From an uncultured Planctomycetaceae bacterium (GTDB lineage: Bacteria; Planctomycetota; Planctomycetia; Isosphaerales; Isosphaeraceae): a DNA stretch of 64,000 bases. Under the pieces are notes generated by a model. That model did not search any database. It worked only from the letters and a program-made list of their open reading frames with translations, and was not told the DNA's origin. Made by a program: the position numbers and the translations under genes. Shown piece by piece: positions 23,390 through 36,820 of the stretch. The stretch lies in NCBI GenBank assembly GCA_963833985.1, contig CAWIAD010000002.1:2304001-2368000 (forward strand). Reading direction: 5' to 3'. How positions within the stretch are numbered: the first letter of the stretch is position 1; each line of letters begins with the position of its first letter.

Positions 23390-23629
23390 AACCGGCCGGC
23401 GCGCATTTCTGCGCGACGACCGCTTTGCGGATGGTCGGTCACACGCGGATTGGGTTTCAGGGGACACGCACACCGGGTGAGGGGCACGTTCGCGGAACAG
23501 GGACCGGTGGCGGGTTCGCGGCCCGGGTGGGGCACGCGCCGTCACCAGTCCGATGGGACCTGACCCTTGTTCGGATCGAGTCCGGTGAGTCCACCTCCGC
23601 GGCGTTCCCGGGATGGGGGGCCGATCGGG

Positions 23630-26432
<2,803 letters not shown>

Positions 26433-26825
26433 CGCCGATCGGACCTCCGGCTTCCGGAGAAGACGCAGGCCGACAGCGGGCTCACTCGGGTCCGGACCGT
26501 GCGGCCGCGGCGTCTCGCGACGCGACGGCCGGTGCCAGACCCATCGATTCGATCCGTAAGGGTTCGTTATCTTCTTCAGAGCCCCGACCGACGCGGATGG
26601 TTGGACTGACGTCGCCCCTTCCCACCGGCCAGAGCCGTGAAACTGTTCGTTGGAGAGTGCCACTCACCCTCGCGTCTCGCCGGCACGGCCAAAGCCTGCC
26701 GCCGATCACGCGGGTGTGTGTGAATTCCACCAGGTCCATGTAGGAACACAAGGCACGCAGCGACAAGATCGGAATCTTGCCCCACGCGCGGACCTGGCTG
26801 ATTCGTGTGTGACCAACCACCGAAT

Positions 26826-26856
26826 TGTCAAGGAACACGCGGCGGATTGCTCCGCC
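26826..26856 (-). promoter_or_regulatory. spacer boxB-like hairpin and boxA antitermination element
   Basis: Minus strand ggcgga-gcaa-tccgcc hairpin then gtgTTCCTTGACAAT; parallels the leader boxA GCTCTTTGACAAT. Confidence 0.7.
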
Positions 26857-26950
26857 ACTCCCGGCCAAGCTGCTGGCCAGGGGGCGAGGCCCTGCGACAA
26901 GGGCACCGCCCCGCGCCCAGAGGCGAGGGGAAAGAAATCTCGGTTGATTG

Positions 26951-27187
26951 CTACGGTCGTCCAGAACTCTTGGGCATCGTCTCGATCAGGGCCCGGAGCA
27001 GGCTGTTGACCGACTCCGCGGTGGTGAACACCTTGCTCACATCCGGGTCAAGGGCCACCACCAGCCGATCTCGATCGCTCGGGCTCGCAAACCGATTCGG
27101 CCGGGCTTGCGTGTAGTCAAACGCATACTCGGAACGAAGCTCGTCCGATGGCTCCAGCGGGCGGTCACCCACCTTGGTCTTCTTCAT
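26951..27187 (-). CDS. BrnA-like antitoxin (78 aa) inside the 16S-23S spacer
   Basis: MKKTK...DELRSEYAFDYTQARPNRFA...VVALDPDVSKVFTTAESVNSLLRALI, the typical partner of DUF497 toxins; overlaps the toxin 3' end by 23 nt. Confidence 0.85.
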   Translation of the reverse strand: MKKTKVGDRPLEPSDELRSEYAFDYTQARPNRFASPSDRDRLVVALDPDVSKVFTTAESVNSLLRALIETMPKSSGRP

Positions 27188-27455
27188 GGGCTGTACGTTC
27201 TTTCCGCGTCGCCGGCCGGGCACTGATGATCCGCACGAGGCCGGGGCCTCGCTCGGTAAAGTTCACGAGCAGCAGCCGGCGGAGAATCGAGTGGCCCACA
27301 AGGATCTCGCGCGTCTCCTCGATCGAATGGTCCTCATCATAAAAGATCCTGGCCAGCGGATCATCGAAGACGGTGGACGCCTCGTCGAAACCGACTCCAT
27401 GCCTGGTCAGGTTGGAGGCGGCCTTGACGGGGTCCCACTCGAATTTCAGAGCCAT
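27165..27455 (-). CDS. brnT: BrnT-family (DUF497) ribonuclease toxin inside the 16S-23S spacer
   Basis: FEWDPVKAASNLTRHGVGFDEASTVFDD...DEDHSIEETR...RIISARPATRKER; the whole family pattern is intact. Confidence 0.92.
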   Translation of the reverse strand: MALKFEWDPVKAASNLTRHGVGFDEASTVFDDPLARIFYDEDHSIEETREILVGHSILRRLLLVNFTERGPGLVRIISARPATRKERTAHEEDQGG

Positions 27456-27629
27456 CACGAAACGTCACAAGCCAACTGTGGTGCAAACCCCCAAGGGGAG
27501 CCGGCGGGCGTGCCGCGGGATCGAGGTCCGGGGATGGTGCCGACGTGGCCTTATCGAGTTCGGGAAGCGAAGCCTGGCGGCAACACTTCCTGGGTGAACT
27601 CTCAGGCCGGTTTTCCAAGGTTGTCCTTA

Positions 27630-29141
<1,512 letters not shown>

Positions 29142-29470
29142 AATGATGTCAACCCGCTTCGCAGAGCCCGAGAGCCCCGGCCGCGGATCAACCCTCACCT
29201 CGAAAGGTTGAGGAAAAAAAACTGGTCGCATCAAGCCCCTGGCAAGGCGGTTTCACAACCGTTCTGCCGGGAACTTGCTGCCGGTCCTGTGCAGGCCATC
29301 CCACGGCAGCCCAGGCGCTTCGGACCACGAAGGCCGGGCCGCCCCGAGGCTGCGGCCGCACGCCGGCTCCCCTCAAGGGTTTCTCACCACAGAACGGATG
29401 AATCTCATCCATCGTGTGCTTGCAATTCTCTTGCGTTCTCGTTTTCTGGCTGACGAGTGCAATCAACCGG

Positions 29471-29483
29471 ATTGTCAAAGAGC
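29471..29483 (-). promoter_or_regulatory. leader boxA
   Basis: Minus strand GCTCTTTGACAAT, similar to the boxA consensus TGCTCTTTAACA, between the promoter and 16S. Confidence 0.75.
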
Positions 29484-29630
29484 CATGCCGGGTTCCGGCA
29501 ACCCAAGTGGTACGCCGCAACCGGCCGCGTTGTTCACCGAGTTCCGCCGATGCCATCGGCCGGTGCAAGCTGCCTGCTGGCATCTCGCCCCGGCCGTCGC
29601 TGGCTCACCCGTTTTCACGCGGTAAGGGAA

Positions 29631-29685
29631 ATCATAAATCACCCCGGGCCGAAGGTCAACGGCCTGGATGCTTTTTTTTAAAATC
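29631..29685 (-). promoter_or_regulatory. rRNA operon sigma70 promoter with UP-like A tract
   Basis: TTGACC (29659-29654)-N17-TATGAT (29636-29631), with upstream ttttaaaaaaaa. Confidence 0.85.
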
Positions 29686-29845
29686 TTCGCGCCATCGACG
29701 TGTCTGGGTCCCGATCGCCGAGTCTCCCGTGCTTTCAACAGAGTCCTCCGCTCGTTTGCCGGCCGGCGGCCGCTTGACGATCGCATCAACCCGTACCTAC
29801 GATGCGCAGGCTGCTTGGTAAGGCGTTTGCCCGGGGAGGCAGCTC

Positions 29846-30888
29846 ATGTCGTGCAGGTGGCGGGCAATCGTTGCGGTCGGGTGCACGCTGGCCATGGCTG
29901 GTTGTGGGGGCGGCCGGTCGGAGCGTGGCAGCACCACGGCCCGATCGGCCGTGAAGCGCGTGCACCTGGTTGGGTTTGACGCCAGTGCTCCGGTGCTTGC
30001 GGCCTTGCGGGACGGATCCATTGACGGGGTCATCCTCCAGAACCCGGTGAAGATCGGCGAACTGGGTGTCCGGGCGCTGGTGGCGCATCTCGAGAGGCGT
30101 CCCGTGGAGTCGCGGATCACGACCGGGGAGACGCTCGTGACCTGGGAGAACATCGACCTGCCGGACACCCAGCCGCTCTTGAGCCAGCCCCCGGCCGAGG
30201 ATGATGCGGGGGGATCATCGGGTGGGAAGAAGAAATGGCGCGTCATGGTGATTCCGAAGGCAACGGCCACCGAGTACTGGGCGGCCATCCGCGCCGGGGC
30301 CAGAAAGGCGGAGCGCGAGCTGGAGAACGTCGAGGTGATCTGGCAGGGGCCCGACAAGGAAGACGACCGGGCCGAGCAGATCCAGATTGTGCAGAGTGCA
30401 CTCGCCGCGGGCGTGGACGGGATCGTGCTGGCACCGCTGGACCCGCGGCGCTGGCGCCGGCGGTGGACATGCTCGTTGCCAGGGGCATTCCCGTGGTCGT
30501 CATTGATTCCGGCCTGGATTCCCGCCGGCCGATCAGCGTGATCTCGACAGACAATTACCACGGTGGAGTGCTTGCGGCGCGCCAGCTCGGAGCATTGCTC
30601 GGGGGAGAGGGAAAGGTCATCCTGCTGCGGCACGCGGTAGGATCGGAGAGCACCGAGCGGCGCGAGAAGGGATTCATCGACACCCTTGCCAGCGACTTTC
30701 CCCGCATCACGCTCCTGTCCGAGTCCGAGTATGCCGGAGCGACCGAGGAGCAAGCCCAGCAAGCGGCCCGGACCCTGGTCTCGCGGTACGGCGGACAGTT
30801 GGACGGCGTGTTCTGCCCGAACGAGACGAGCACGCTGGGAATGATGCGCGCACTGCAAGAAGCCGGGTTGCTCCGGGCCCGGCGCTGA
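29846..30888 (+). CDS. circularly permuted RbsB-type sugar-binding lipoprotein (frameshift near 30445)
   Basis: Lipobox LAMAGC; the normally C-terminal block (LVGFDAS..QNPVKIGELGV..TGETLVTWEN) comes before the normally N-terminal block (VIPKA..YW..GVDGIVLAP..IDSG..TDNY..PNETST). Confidence 0.8.
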
Positions 30889-31015
30889 GCTTCATGGTTC
30901 CGTGAGCCGACGGCGTGGCCCGGTTGGTTCATTTCCGGCCGCACGATGGTTGACACGGCCCGGCACGTGTCCGAGAGTGGTAGCTCCTGCGACAATGCGT
31001 TCGAGGAGCCAGCCA

Positions 31016-33154
31016 ATGCCGTCTTGGTTCATCGTTGCGGCCGGGACCGCACCCCTGATCTCGATGGGGACTCTCGATATCGTCATCATCGCGATTTATT
31101 TCGTGATGGTGCTGGGTATCGGCATCTATCTCAAGAGATACGTCAGCACGGGTGAAGACTTCTTCATGGCCGGGCGGAAGATGACCGCCTGGATCGCGGG
31201 GTTGAGCTTCATCTCGGCGAATCTGAGCTCGCTGGAGACCATGGGCTGGTCGGCCATGGCCTACCAGTACGGGATGCTGGGGGCACACGCCTACCTGATT
31301 GGCGCCATCCCGGCGATCCTCTTCCTCGCCATCGTGATGATGCCGTTTTATTATATATGCAAGACACACTCGGTGCCCGGTTACCTGAACCTGCGCTACG
31401 ATGTGCGCAGCAGCGCCCTGGCGGGATGTTCCTTCGCCATCCTGACGGTGCTGGTGAGCGGGGCGAGCATGTTCGCGATGGCGAAGATCTTGCACCTGCT
31501 GCTGGGCTGGAACATGGACGTGAGCATCTGGGTGGCCTCGCTCACCGTCGCGGTGTACGTGACGCTCGGGGGGCTGATCTCGGCGGTGTTCAATGAGGTG
31601 CTCCAGTACTTCCTGATCTGGTTTGGCTCGCTGCTGATCCCGATTCTGGGGCTCATCGACGCGGGCGGCTGGAACGGCATGCTCGAGAAGATCCGCCACA
31701 ATGTACCGGTGATCCACCCATCGGTAGGCGGAGCCAATTTCACCAGCCTGTGGCGCAACCTTGGTTCGTTCGACTCCAATCCCATGGGGATCGACTGGTT
31801 CGGCATGGTCTTCGGGCTTGGCCTGGCGGTGAGCTTTGGCTACTGGTGCACCGATTTCCTCCAGGTTCAGCGCGTCATCGTGGCCAAGGATCTTCGTGCC
31901 GCCCAGAACGGTACGATCATCGGCGCCGTGCTGAAGATGCTCGTGCCGATCATCGTGACGATTCCCGGCTTGCTGGGCCTGGCCGTCCTGGTGCGGGGCG
32001 ACGGCCTGCCCCTGGTGCTCGTGCCCGAGAGCGATCCGCGTGCGAACATCACGCACCACACCTTCAACGACGTCCTGCCTCTCTTGATGGGCAAGTACCT
32101 GGGGCCCGGGCTGCTGGGCCTGGGCGTCACGGCCATGATTGCCGGCTTCATGTCCGGAATGGCAGGGAACGTCAGCGCCTTCGCCACCGTCTGGACGTAC
32201 GACGTTTACCGGACGCTCATTCGCAAGAACGCCAGCGACGCGCACTACCTGAGCATGGGGCGGTGGTGCTCGCTGCTGGGAGTGCTGATGTCCATTGGCA
32301 CGGCTTATGCATTGTTCTTCTTTTCAAACATCCTTGAATTCTTGCAGGTGCTGATCTTCTTCTTCATCGTGCCGCTTTTTGGTGTGGTGATCATGGGGAT
32401 GCTCTGGAAGCGGGCAACGCCGACGGGGGCGTTCGTGGGCTTTTTCAGCGCGATCGCCGTTTCGATGGCCATGTGGGTTTACGTGCACAGCTTCCCGGAA
32501 GGATACAGGCCCCTTCCCCAGGCGGTAGTGGGTCCGGGTTCGGTCGTCCGCGTCGAGAGGTCCGGAGCCGGCGACGAGACGATTTCCCGGGTGATCATCG
32601 AGCAAGGGACCGTGCAGACCACGAACGTGCCGGTGGGCGCGGAAGCTCAAGCCGGCGGCGCCAGGTCGGTTATTTCGGTCGACCGAGAGCAAACGCTCCC
32701 AGGGCACATCGAGCAAGGTGGCGCAATGGCCGAGCTGCGGCTGCTGGCTCCGGACGTGGTTCTGGCCGGGTCCAGGCAGCCGGACAGGTTTGGCATCGAG
32801 GGCGTTCCGGTGGTGCTTATGCCAGGCGTCGAGGTGCAGGCCGCGGAAGTCCGGCAGACGTTCAACCCCGCGGAATTCAACCCGGCGCACACACGATACA
32901 TCGCCCGGTCCGAGAAAGCCAAGCCCATGGCTGTGAACATGTACAGTGCGTTCTGGACGCTGCTGCTCTGCGTTTCCGTGCTCTGCGGCGTGAGCCTGCT
33001 CACCGAGCCGAAGCCCGAGAGCCAGTTGCAGAATCTGGTCATGGGTCTGACGCCCTTGCCCGACGACGGCGCAGCTCCCTGGTACAAACAGCCGAAGCTC
33101 TGGGCCACGGCCGTTCTGATTGTCCTGATCGCCATCAACGTGATCTTCTGGTGA
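31016..33154 (+). CDS. sodium:solute symporter (SSS family) with a ~130-aa hydrophilic insertion near the C-terminus
   Basis: DFFMAGR, GLSFISAN, YVTLGGL, YWCTDFLQVQR, AGFMSG, WTYDVYR, LWKRATPTGAF; RBS gaggag before ATG 31016. Confidence 0.92.
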   Translation: MPSWFIVAAGTAPLISMGTLDIVIIAIYFVMVLGIGIYLKRYVSTGEDFFMAGRKMTAWIAGLSFISANLSSLETMGWSAMAYQYGMLGAHAYLIGAIPAILFLAIVMMPFYYICKTHSVPGYLNLRYDVRSSALAGCSFAILTVLVSGASMFAMAKILHLLLGWNMDVSIWVASLTVAVYVTLGGLISAVFNEVLQYFLIWFGSLLIPILGLIDAGGWNGMLEKIRHNVPVIHPSVGGANFTSLWRNLGSFDSNPMGIDWFGMVFGLGLAVSFGYWCTDFLQVQRVIVAKDLRAAQNGTIIGAVLKMLVPIIVTIPGLLGLAVLVRGDGLPLVLVPESDPRANITHHTFNDVLPLLMGKYLGPGLLGLGVTAMIAGFMSGMAGNVSAFATVWTYDVYRTLIRKNASDAHYLSMGRWCSLLGVLMSIGTAYALFFFSNILEFLQVLIFFFIVPLFGVVIMGMLWKRATPTGAFVGFFSAIAVSMAMWVYVHSFPEGYRPLPQAVVGPGSVVRVERSGAGDETISRVIIEQGTVQTTNVPVGAEAQAGGARSVISVDREQTLPGHIEQGGAMAELRLLAPDVVLAGSRQPDRFGIEGVPVVLMPGVEVQAAEVRQTFNPAEFNPAHTRYIARSEKAKPMAVNMYSAFWTLLLCVSVLCGVSLLTEPKPESQLQNLVMGLTPLPDDGAAPWYKQPKLWATAVLIVLIAINVIFW

Positions 33155-33162
33155 ACCGGAAC

Positions 33163-33390
33163 ATGCACGACGAAAACCAAATCCCCATCTGGTTCTTCAT
33201 CGGCGGCCTGCTGCTGATCTATGGCATTCTCATCACCGCCGCCGGGCTTTACGCTCTGGTGGTGCCGCCTCCGATGGAGACGCGAGTTGCCCTTTACCAG
33301 TTCCACGCCGACATCTGGTGGGGCGGCTTGATGACCATTGTCGGCGCGCTTTACTGCATCAAGTTCCGGCCGTGGCGCGAGCCCCGCTGA
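33163..33390 (+). CDS. small two-TM membrane protein (75 aa) following the symporter
   Basis: MHDENQIPIWFFIGGLLLIYGILITAAG...HADIWWGGLMTIVGALY; starts 8 nt after the SSS stop. Confidence 0.75.
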   Translation: MHDENQIPIWFFIGGLLLIYGILITAAGLYALVVPPPMETRVALYQFHADIWWGGLMTIVGALYCIKFRPWREPR

Positions 33391-33560
33391 AACTCATCAG
33401 ACAGGACGCGCGAGGAAGCACCGATCAAGCCCGGTCGTCCATGGATGCGTGATGCGCTTGTGTGTTGGGATCGATGTTGGCGGCAGGGTTGGCTGTTGCG
33501 CCGTGACGCGAGGCGAACGCGGATTGTCCCATTGGACATTCGCGTGCTTCCAAGCTTCAA

Positions 33561-33589
33561 TTGACAGTCCTCTGGCACCCCCATAGTAT
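33561..33589 (+). promoter_or_regulatory. near-consensus sigma70 promoter
   Basis: TTGACA-N17-TAGTAT. Confidence 0.8.
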
Positions 33590-33595
33590 GCGGGC

Positions 33596-33850
33596 GCCGG
33601 GGCGTGGGGCAGCGACCGCCGGGCGACTCAGGAGATGCTTTCAAGCGAAAGTCCAGGACCTACTCAGGGAGTGAACAGGGAGACGATCCCGGAGTTGCCG
33701 GGAGAATCGTCATCAGTCGTTCAGGTGGACGGCGAGCGAATCTTCGTGTCCATCGCCAGCAAGGTGAGGGCGCCAGAGCCGCCGATAAGAAGCGTCAGTC
33801 GTCGAGCGAGCCGATGAACGCTCTCGAACCGGTTGTCCTGCCCACTCGCA
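33596..33850 (+). ncRNA. candidate structured ncRNA (6S-like rod or unknown family)
   Basis: Starts just after the promoter. Nested pairings: gtggggcag/ctgcccac, cgaccg/cggttg, ggcgact/agtcgtc, gatgctt/aagcgtc, plus internal hairpins. No credible ORF. Confidence 0.55.
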
Positions 33851-33947
33851 CAAGGAAGTGCCGTCGCGAATGCCCAGTCTCACTCACCGTAAACCAAAGC
33901 GGCGCCAATATCTCCGGCAGCATCGGGTCGTCCGGCGAGATCCGGTT

Positions 33948-35445
33948 ATGCCGCCGCCCGGCCGTACCGAAACGGTCACGGGACGGAAGATCGCCTCCAA
34001 TTTCGCGTTTCTCAGCCTGGCCGAACTGATCTGCCGAGCCACGTCGGTGATCGTGAGCCTGTCGCTGATGAAACGGCTGGGTGTGGTCGGTTACGGGCGA
34101 ATCGAGTTCGCCTTCAACGTGGTCTTCTGGCTGGTGCTCCTTGTTCGCGATAGCAGCGACGTGATCGTGGCGCGCGAACTCTCCCGGCATCCGCGGCTCA
34201 TCAGACCCCTGGTCGACCGCGTGCTGGCACTCAAGGGTCTCTTTTCGCTGGTTCTTTTCTCCGGTCTGACCGTGGTCGGCACGCTCACCTTGAAGGACAG
34301 CACGGACTGGCGGGTGCTGACCCTGTACGGACTTTTGCTGTTCACCACGGCGAGCGGGCTGGACTTCGTGTATCGCGGCACGGAATGCATGGGCTTGCTG
34401 GCGATCTCGCTGAGCTTGCGGACCTTCGTGTATGCCGCGGCAGTGCTTTCTTGGGTTACGGGGGCGACACAGATTGTCTGGGTGCCGATCTGGCTGGCCG
34501 TGGGCGAAGCCAGCGGGATTGCCCTGGTCTGGATGCACTACCTGTCGCGGCACCGCATGCCCCGGCCGAGACTCGGATTTCGGTTCCTCTCGATCATCAT
34601 CCAGCGCGGGCGCACTGTCTGTGTGATCCAGCTTTCGCAAGCCGTGATCAGCACGGCCGACCTGATGGTCGTGGGCCTTTTGAGGCTCGTGGTGGGACGT
34701 CGGACGCTACGGCGCCCCGCACCGCATGGTGACGGCGCTTTTGACCTTCGGGCTGATCTTCCAGCAGGCGGCGTTCCCCACCTTGTCAAGACTGTGGCGG
34801 CATACCGCGGAGGCCGGTCGCGAAGCGCTGGACTCGCTGGTCGAGGTGCTTGTCACCGCGCTCTTGCCCGTGGCGATCGGCACGACAGTGCTGGCGGAGT
34901 CTCTGGTCCGGCTGCTTCCAGAGGATTATGCCGGAGCGGGTCTCTTGCTGGCGCTTGGAATCTGGCGTGCGCCGCTGCTGATTCTTGCGTTCCTGTACCA
35001 GACCACGCTGATCGCACTGAATCGCGAGACGGTCGGTGTTCGCTCGTTGGTGCTTGCGGCGCTGGGTATCGGGCCGGTCGTCGCGCTTTTGCGCATTTAC
35101 GTGGGGCTGCCGGGGGCGGCCGCGGGCGTGATCTTGATCGCCCTGGCCCTGGTGGTTGCAGGCTACGCCAGTCTGGCACGCGAGGGGCGGCATCCCGCCT
35201 GGCACCATCACCTGGCTCGGCCACTGATTGCGTCGGCGGTGATGGTGCCGGTCTGCCTGGTTCTGGTGCGCTGGCACGTGCTGCTGGCGGTACTGGGTGG
35301 GGCGCTGGCTTACGTTCTGGTGCTGGTCAGCCTGGGCGGGCTGAATCGGACGCGGCTGTGGCGTTCCGCGCTGCATCCGACGGGTGTGCCTGTTCCGGCA
35401 GCGGCTGTGGCCTGTCCGGCCAGCAGTCCTCGAAGAGTACGTTGA
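33948..35445 (+). CDS. Wzx-like polysaccharide flippase (frameshift near 34685)
   Basis: IASNFAFLSLAELI..., LGVVGYG, many TM helices, ADLMVVGL, then GRYGAPHRMV and AFPTLSRL in the second frame. Confidence 0.82.
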
Positions 35446-35497
35446 GCAGAGCCGGCACGCAGGCAGTGATCGAGCGTTGCGCGACAGGAGGTCGCTG

Positions 35498-36820
35498 TTG
35501 AAATTCTGCATGGTCACCACGTTTTTCGGCGGTCATAGTTTCGGCGGCGACGCGGCCTATGTGGACCGGCTTTGCCAGGCACTCTGTCGACGTGGCCACG
35601 AGGTTCATGTCTACTACTGCGTGGACGCGTTCAGCGCCGTGCGCGGCACCCACCCGTTGCGCGAGTACACGCCCCATCCCGGCTTGCATTTGCATCCTCT
35701 GAAAAGCAGTTACGGCATCCTTTCTCCGCTGGCGACACAGGCGACGGGGCTGCCCTTGTTCAAGTCCCGGGCCCTGCGAGCGGCCCTTGACTGCCCAGAC
35801 ACCGACGTCGTGCATTTCCACAACATCTCCCTGGTGGGCGGACCAGGTGTGCTGGGCCTGGGGACGAACCGGCGTGCCGTCCGGATCATGACCGCACATG
35901 AGCACTGGCTGATCTGCCCCATGCATCTGCTCTGGAAATACGATCGCCGGCCCTGCGACGGCCCGAGTTGCGTTCGTTGCAGCCTGGCGGGGAGGCGGCC
36001 TCCGCAGGCCTGGCGCTTGACCGGGGCGATCGGCCGCGGTCTGCGGCAGCTTGACGGCCTGATCTTTCCCAGCCGGCATGCTCTGGAGGAGCACCGGAGA
36101 CGGGGCATCGGCGCGGAGGTGCCGCTGGTGCACCTGCCTTATTTCTTGCCCGACGACTGGTCGCAGGGAATCGAGGACGAGGAGCCCGAGCCAACCCGCC
36201 GGCCTTACCTGGCAGCCGCGGGACGGCTGGTGGCGATGAAAGGGTTTCAACGCCTGATTCCCATGATGAAGTACCTGCCGGAGGCCGACCTGCGGATTGC
36301 GGGCACCGGACCCTATGAACCGGCCCTGCGGGCGCTGGCTGAGGGATTGCCGAACGTGTTCTTCGAGGGACTGCTGGGCGGCGCCCGACTGGCCAGGCTT
36401 TTTCGGGGGGCGCGGGCCGTGGTGGTGCCATCGCTGTTTCCCGAAACCTTCGGTTACGTGGTGCTGGAGGCGTTCGCGGTGGGAACCCCCGTGGTGGTGC
36501 ACGAGGCCGGAGGGGCACTCCTGGAGACCGGCGTCCACAGTGGAGGTGGGCTGGGTTACCGGAATGACGGTGAGATGCTGCTGGCCCTGCGGCGGATGAT
36601 TCACGATGACGAGCTCCGCGCCGAGCTTGCGGCCCACGGTTTTGCTCAGCGGATCGGCGAATGGTCGGAGACCGAGCACATTCATCGTTACTTCGAGTGG
36701 ATTGGCCACTACCGCGAGATCCGGGGCGTTCCGGAGATTTACCGGCCGCATCGCGTGGGCACCGTCGCGGCCGAGTCGGAGCGGCCGCTGGCCAGCTTGC
36801 GGAGACCGCGGGACGCATGA
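35498..36820 (+). CDS. GT4 glycosyltransferase
   Basis: DVVHFHN, TAHEHWLICP, GRLVAMKG, VPSLFPETFGYVVLEAFAVGTPVV; RBS aggagg before the TTG start. Confidence 0.9.
   Translation: MKFCMVTTFFGGHSFGGDAAYVDRLCQALCRRGHEVHVYYCVDAFSAVRGTHPLREYTPHPGLHLHPLKSSYGILSPLATQATGLPLFKSRALRAALDCPDTDVVHFHNISLVGGPGVLGLGTNRRAVRIMTAHEHWLICPMHLLWKYDRRPCDGPSCVRCSLAGRRPPQAWRLTGAIGRGLRQLDGLIFPSRHALEEHRRRGIGAEVPLVHLPYFLPDDWSQGIEDEEPEPTRRPYLAAAGRLVAMKGFQRLIPMMKYLPEADLRIAGTGPYEPALRALAEGLPNVFFEGLLGGARLARLFRGARAVVVPSLFPETFGYVVLEAFAVGTPVVVHEAGGALLETGVHSGGGLGYRNDGEMLLALRRMIHDDELRAELAAHGFAQRIGEWSETEHIHRYFEWIGHYREIRGVPEIYRPHRVGTVAAESERPLASLRRPRDA

Noticed and set aside
27466..27480. caca-N7-tgtg inverted repeat upstream of brnT as an antitoxin operator
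   Set aside because: Only 4-bp arms and no accompanying -35/-10 pair; too weak to call.
26433..27629. tRNA genes in the 16S-23S spacer
   Set aside because: No T-loop GTTCRA in a cloverleaf context found by eye; tRNAscan-SE would confirm.
33644..33662. gcgaaagtccaggac resembling RNase P RNA conserved region I
   Set aside because: The complementary 3' motif (acagaa...cggctta) is absent and the element is too short.
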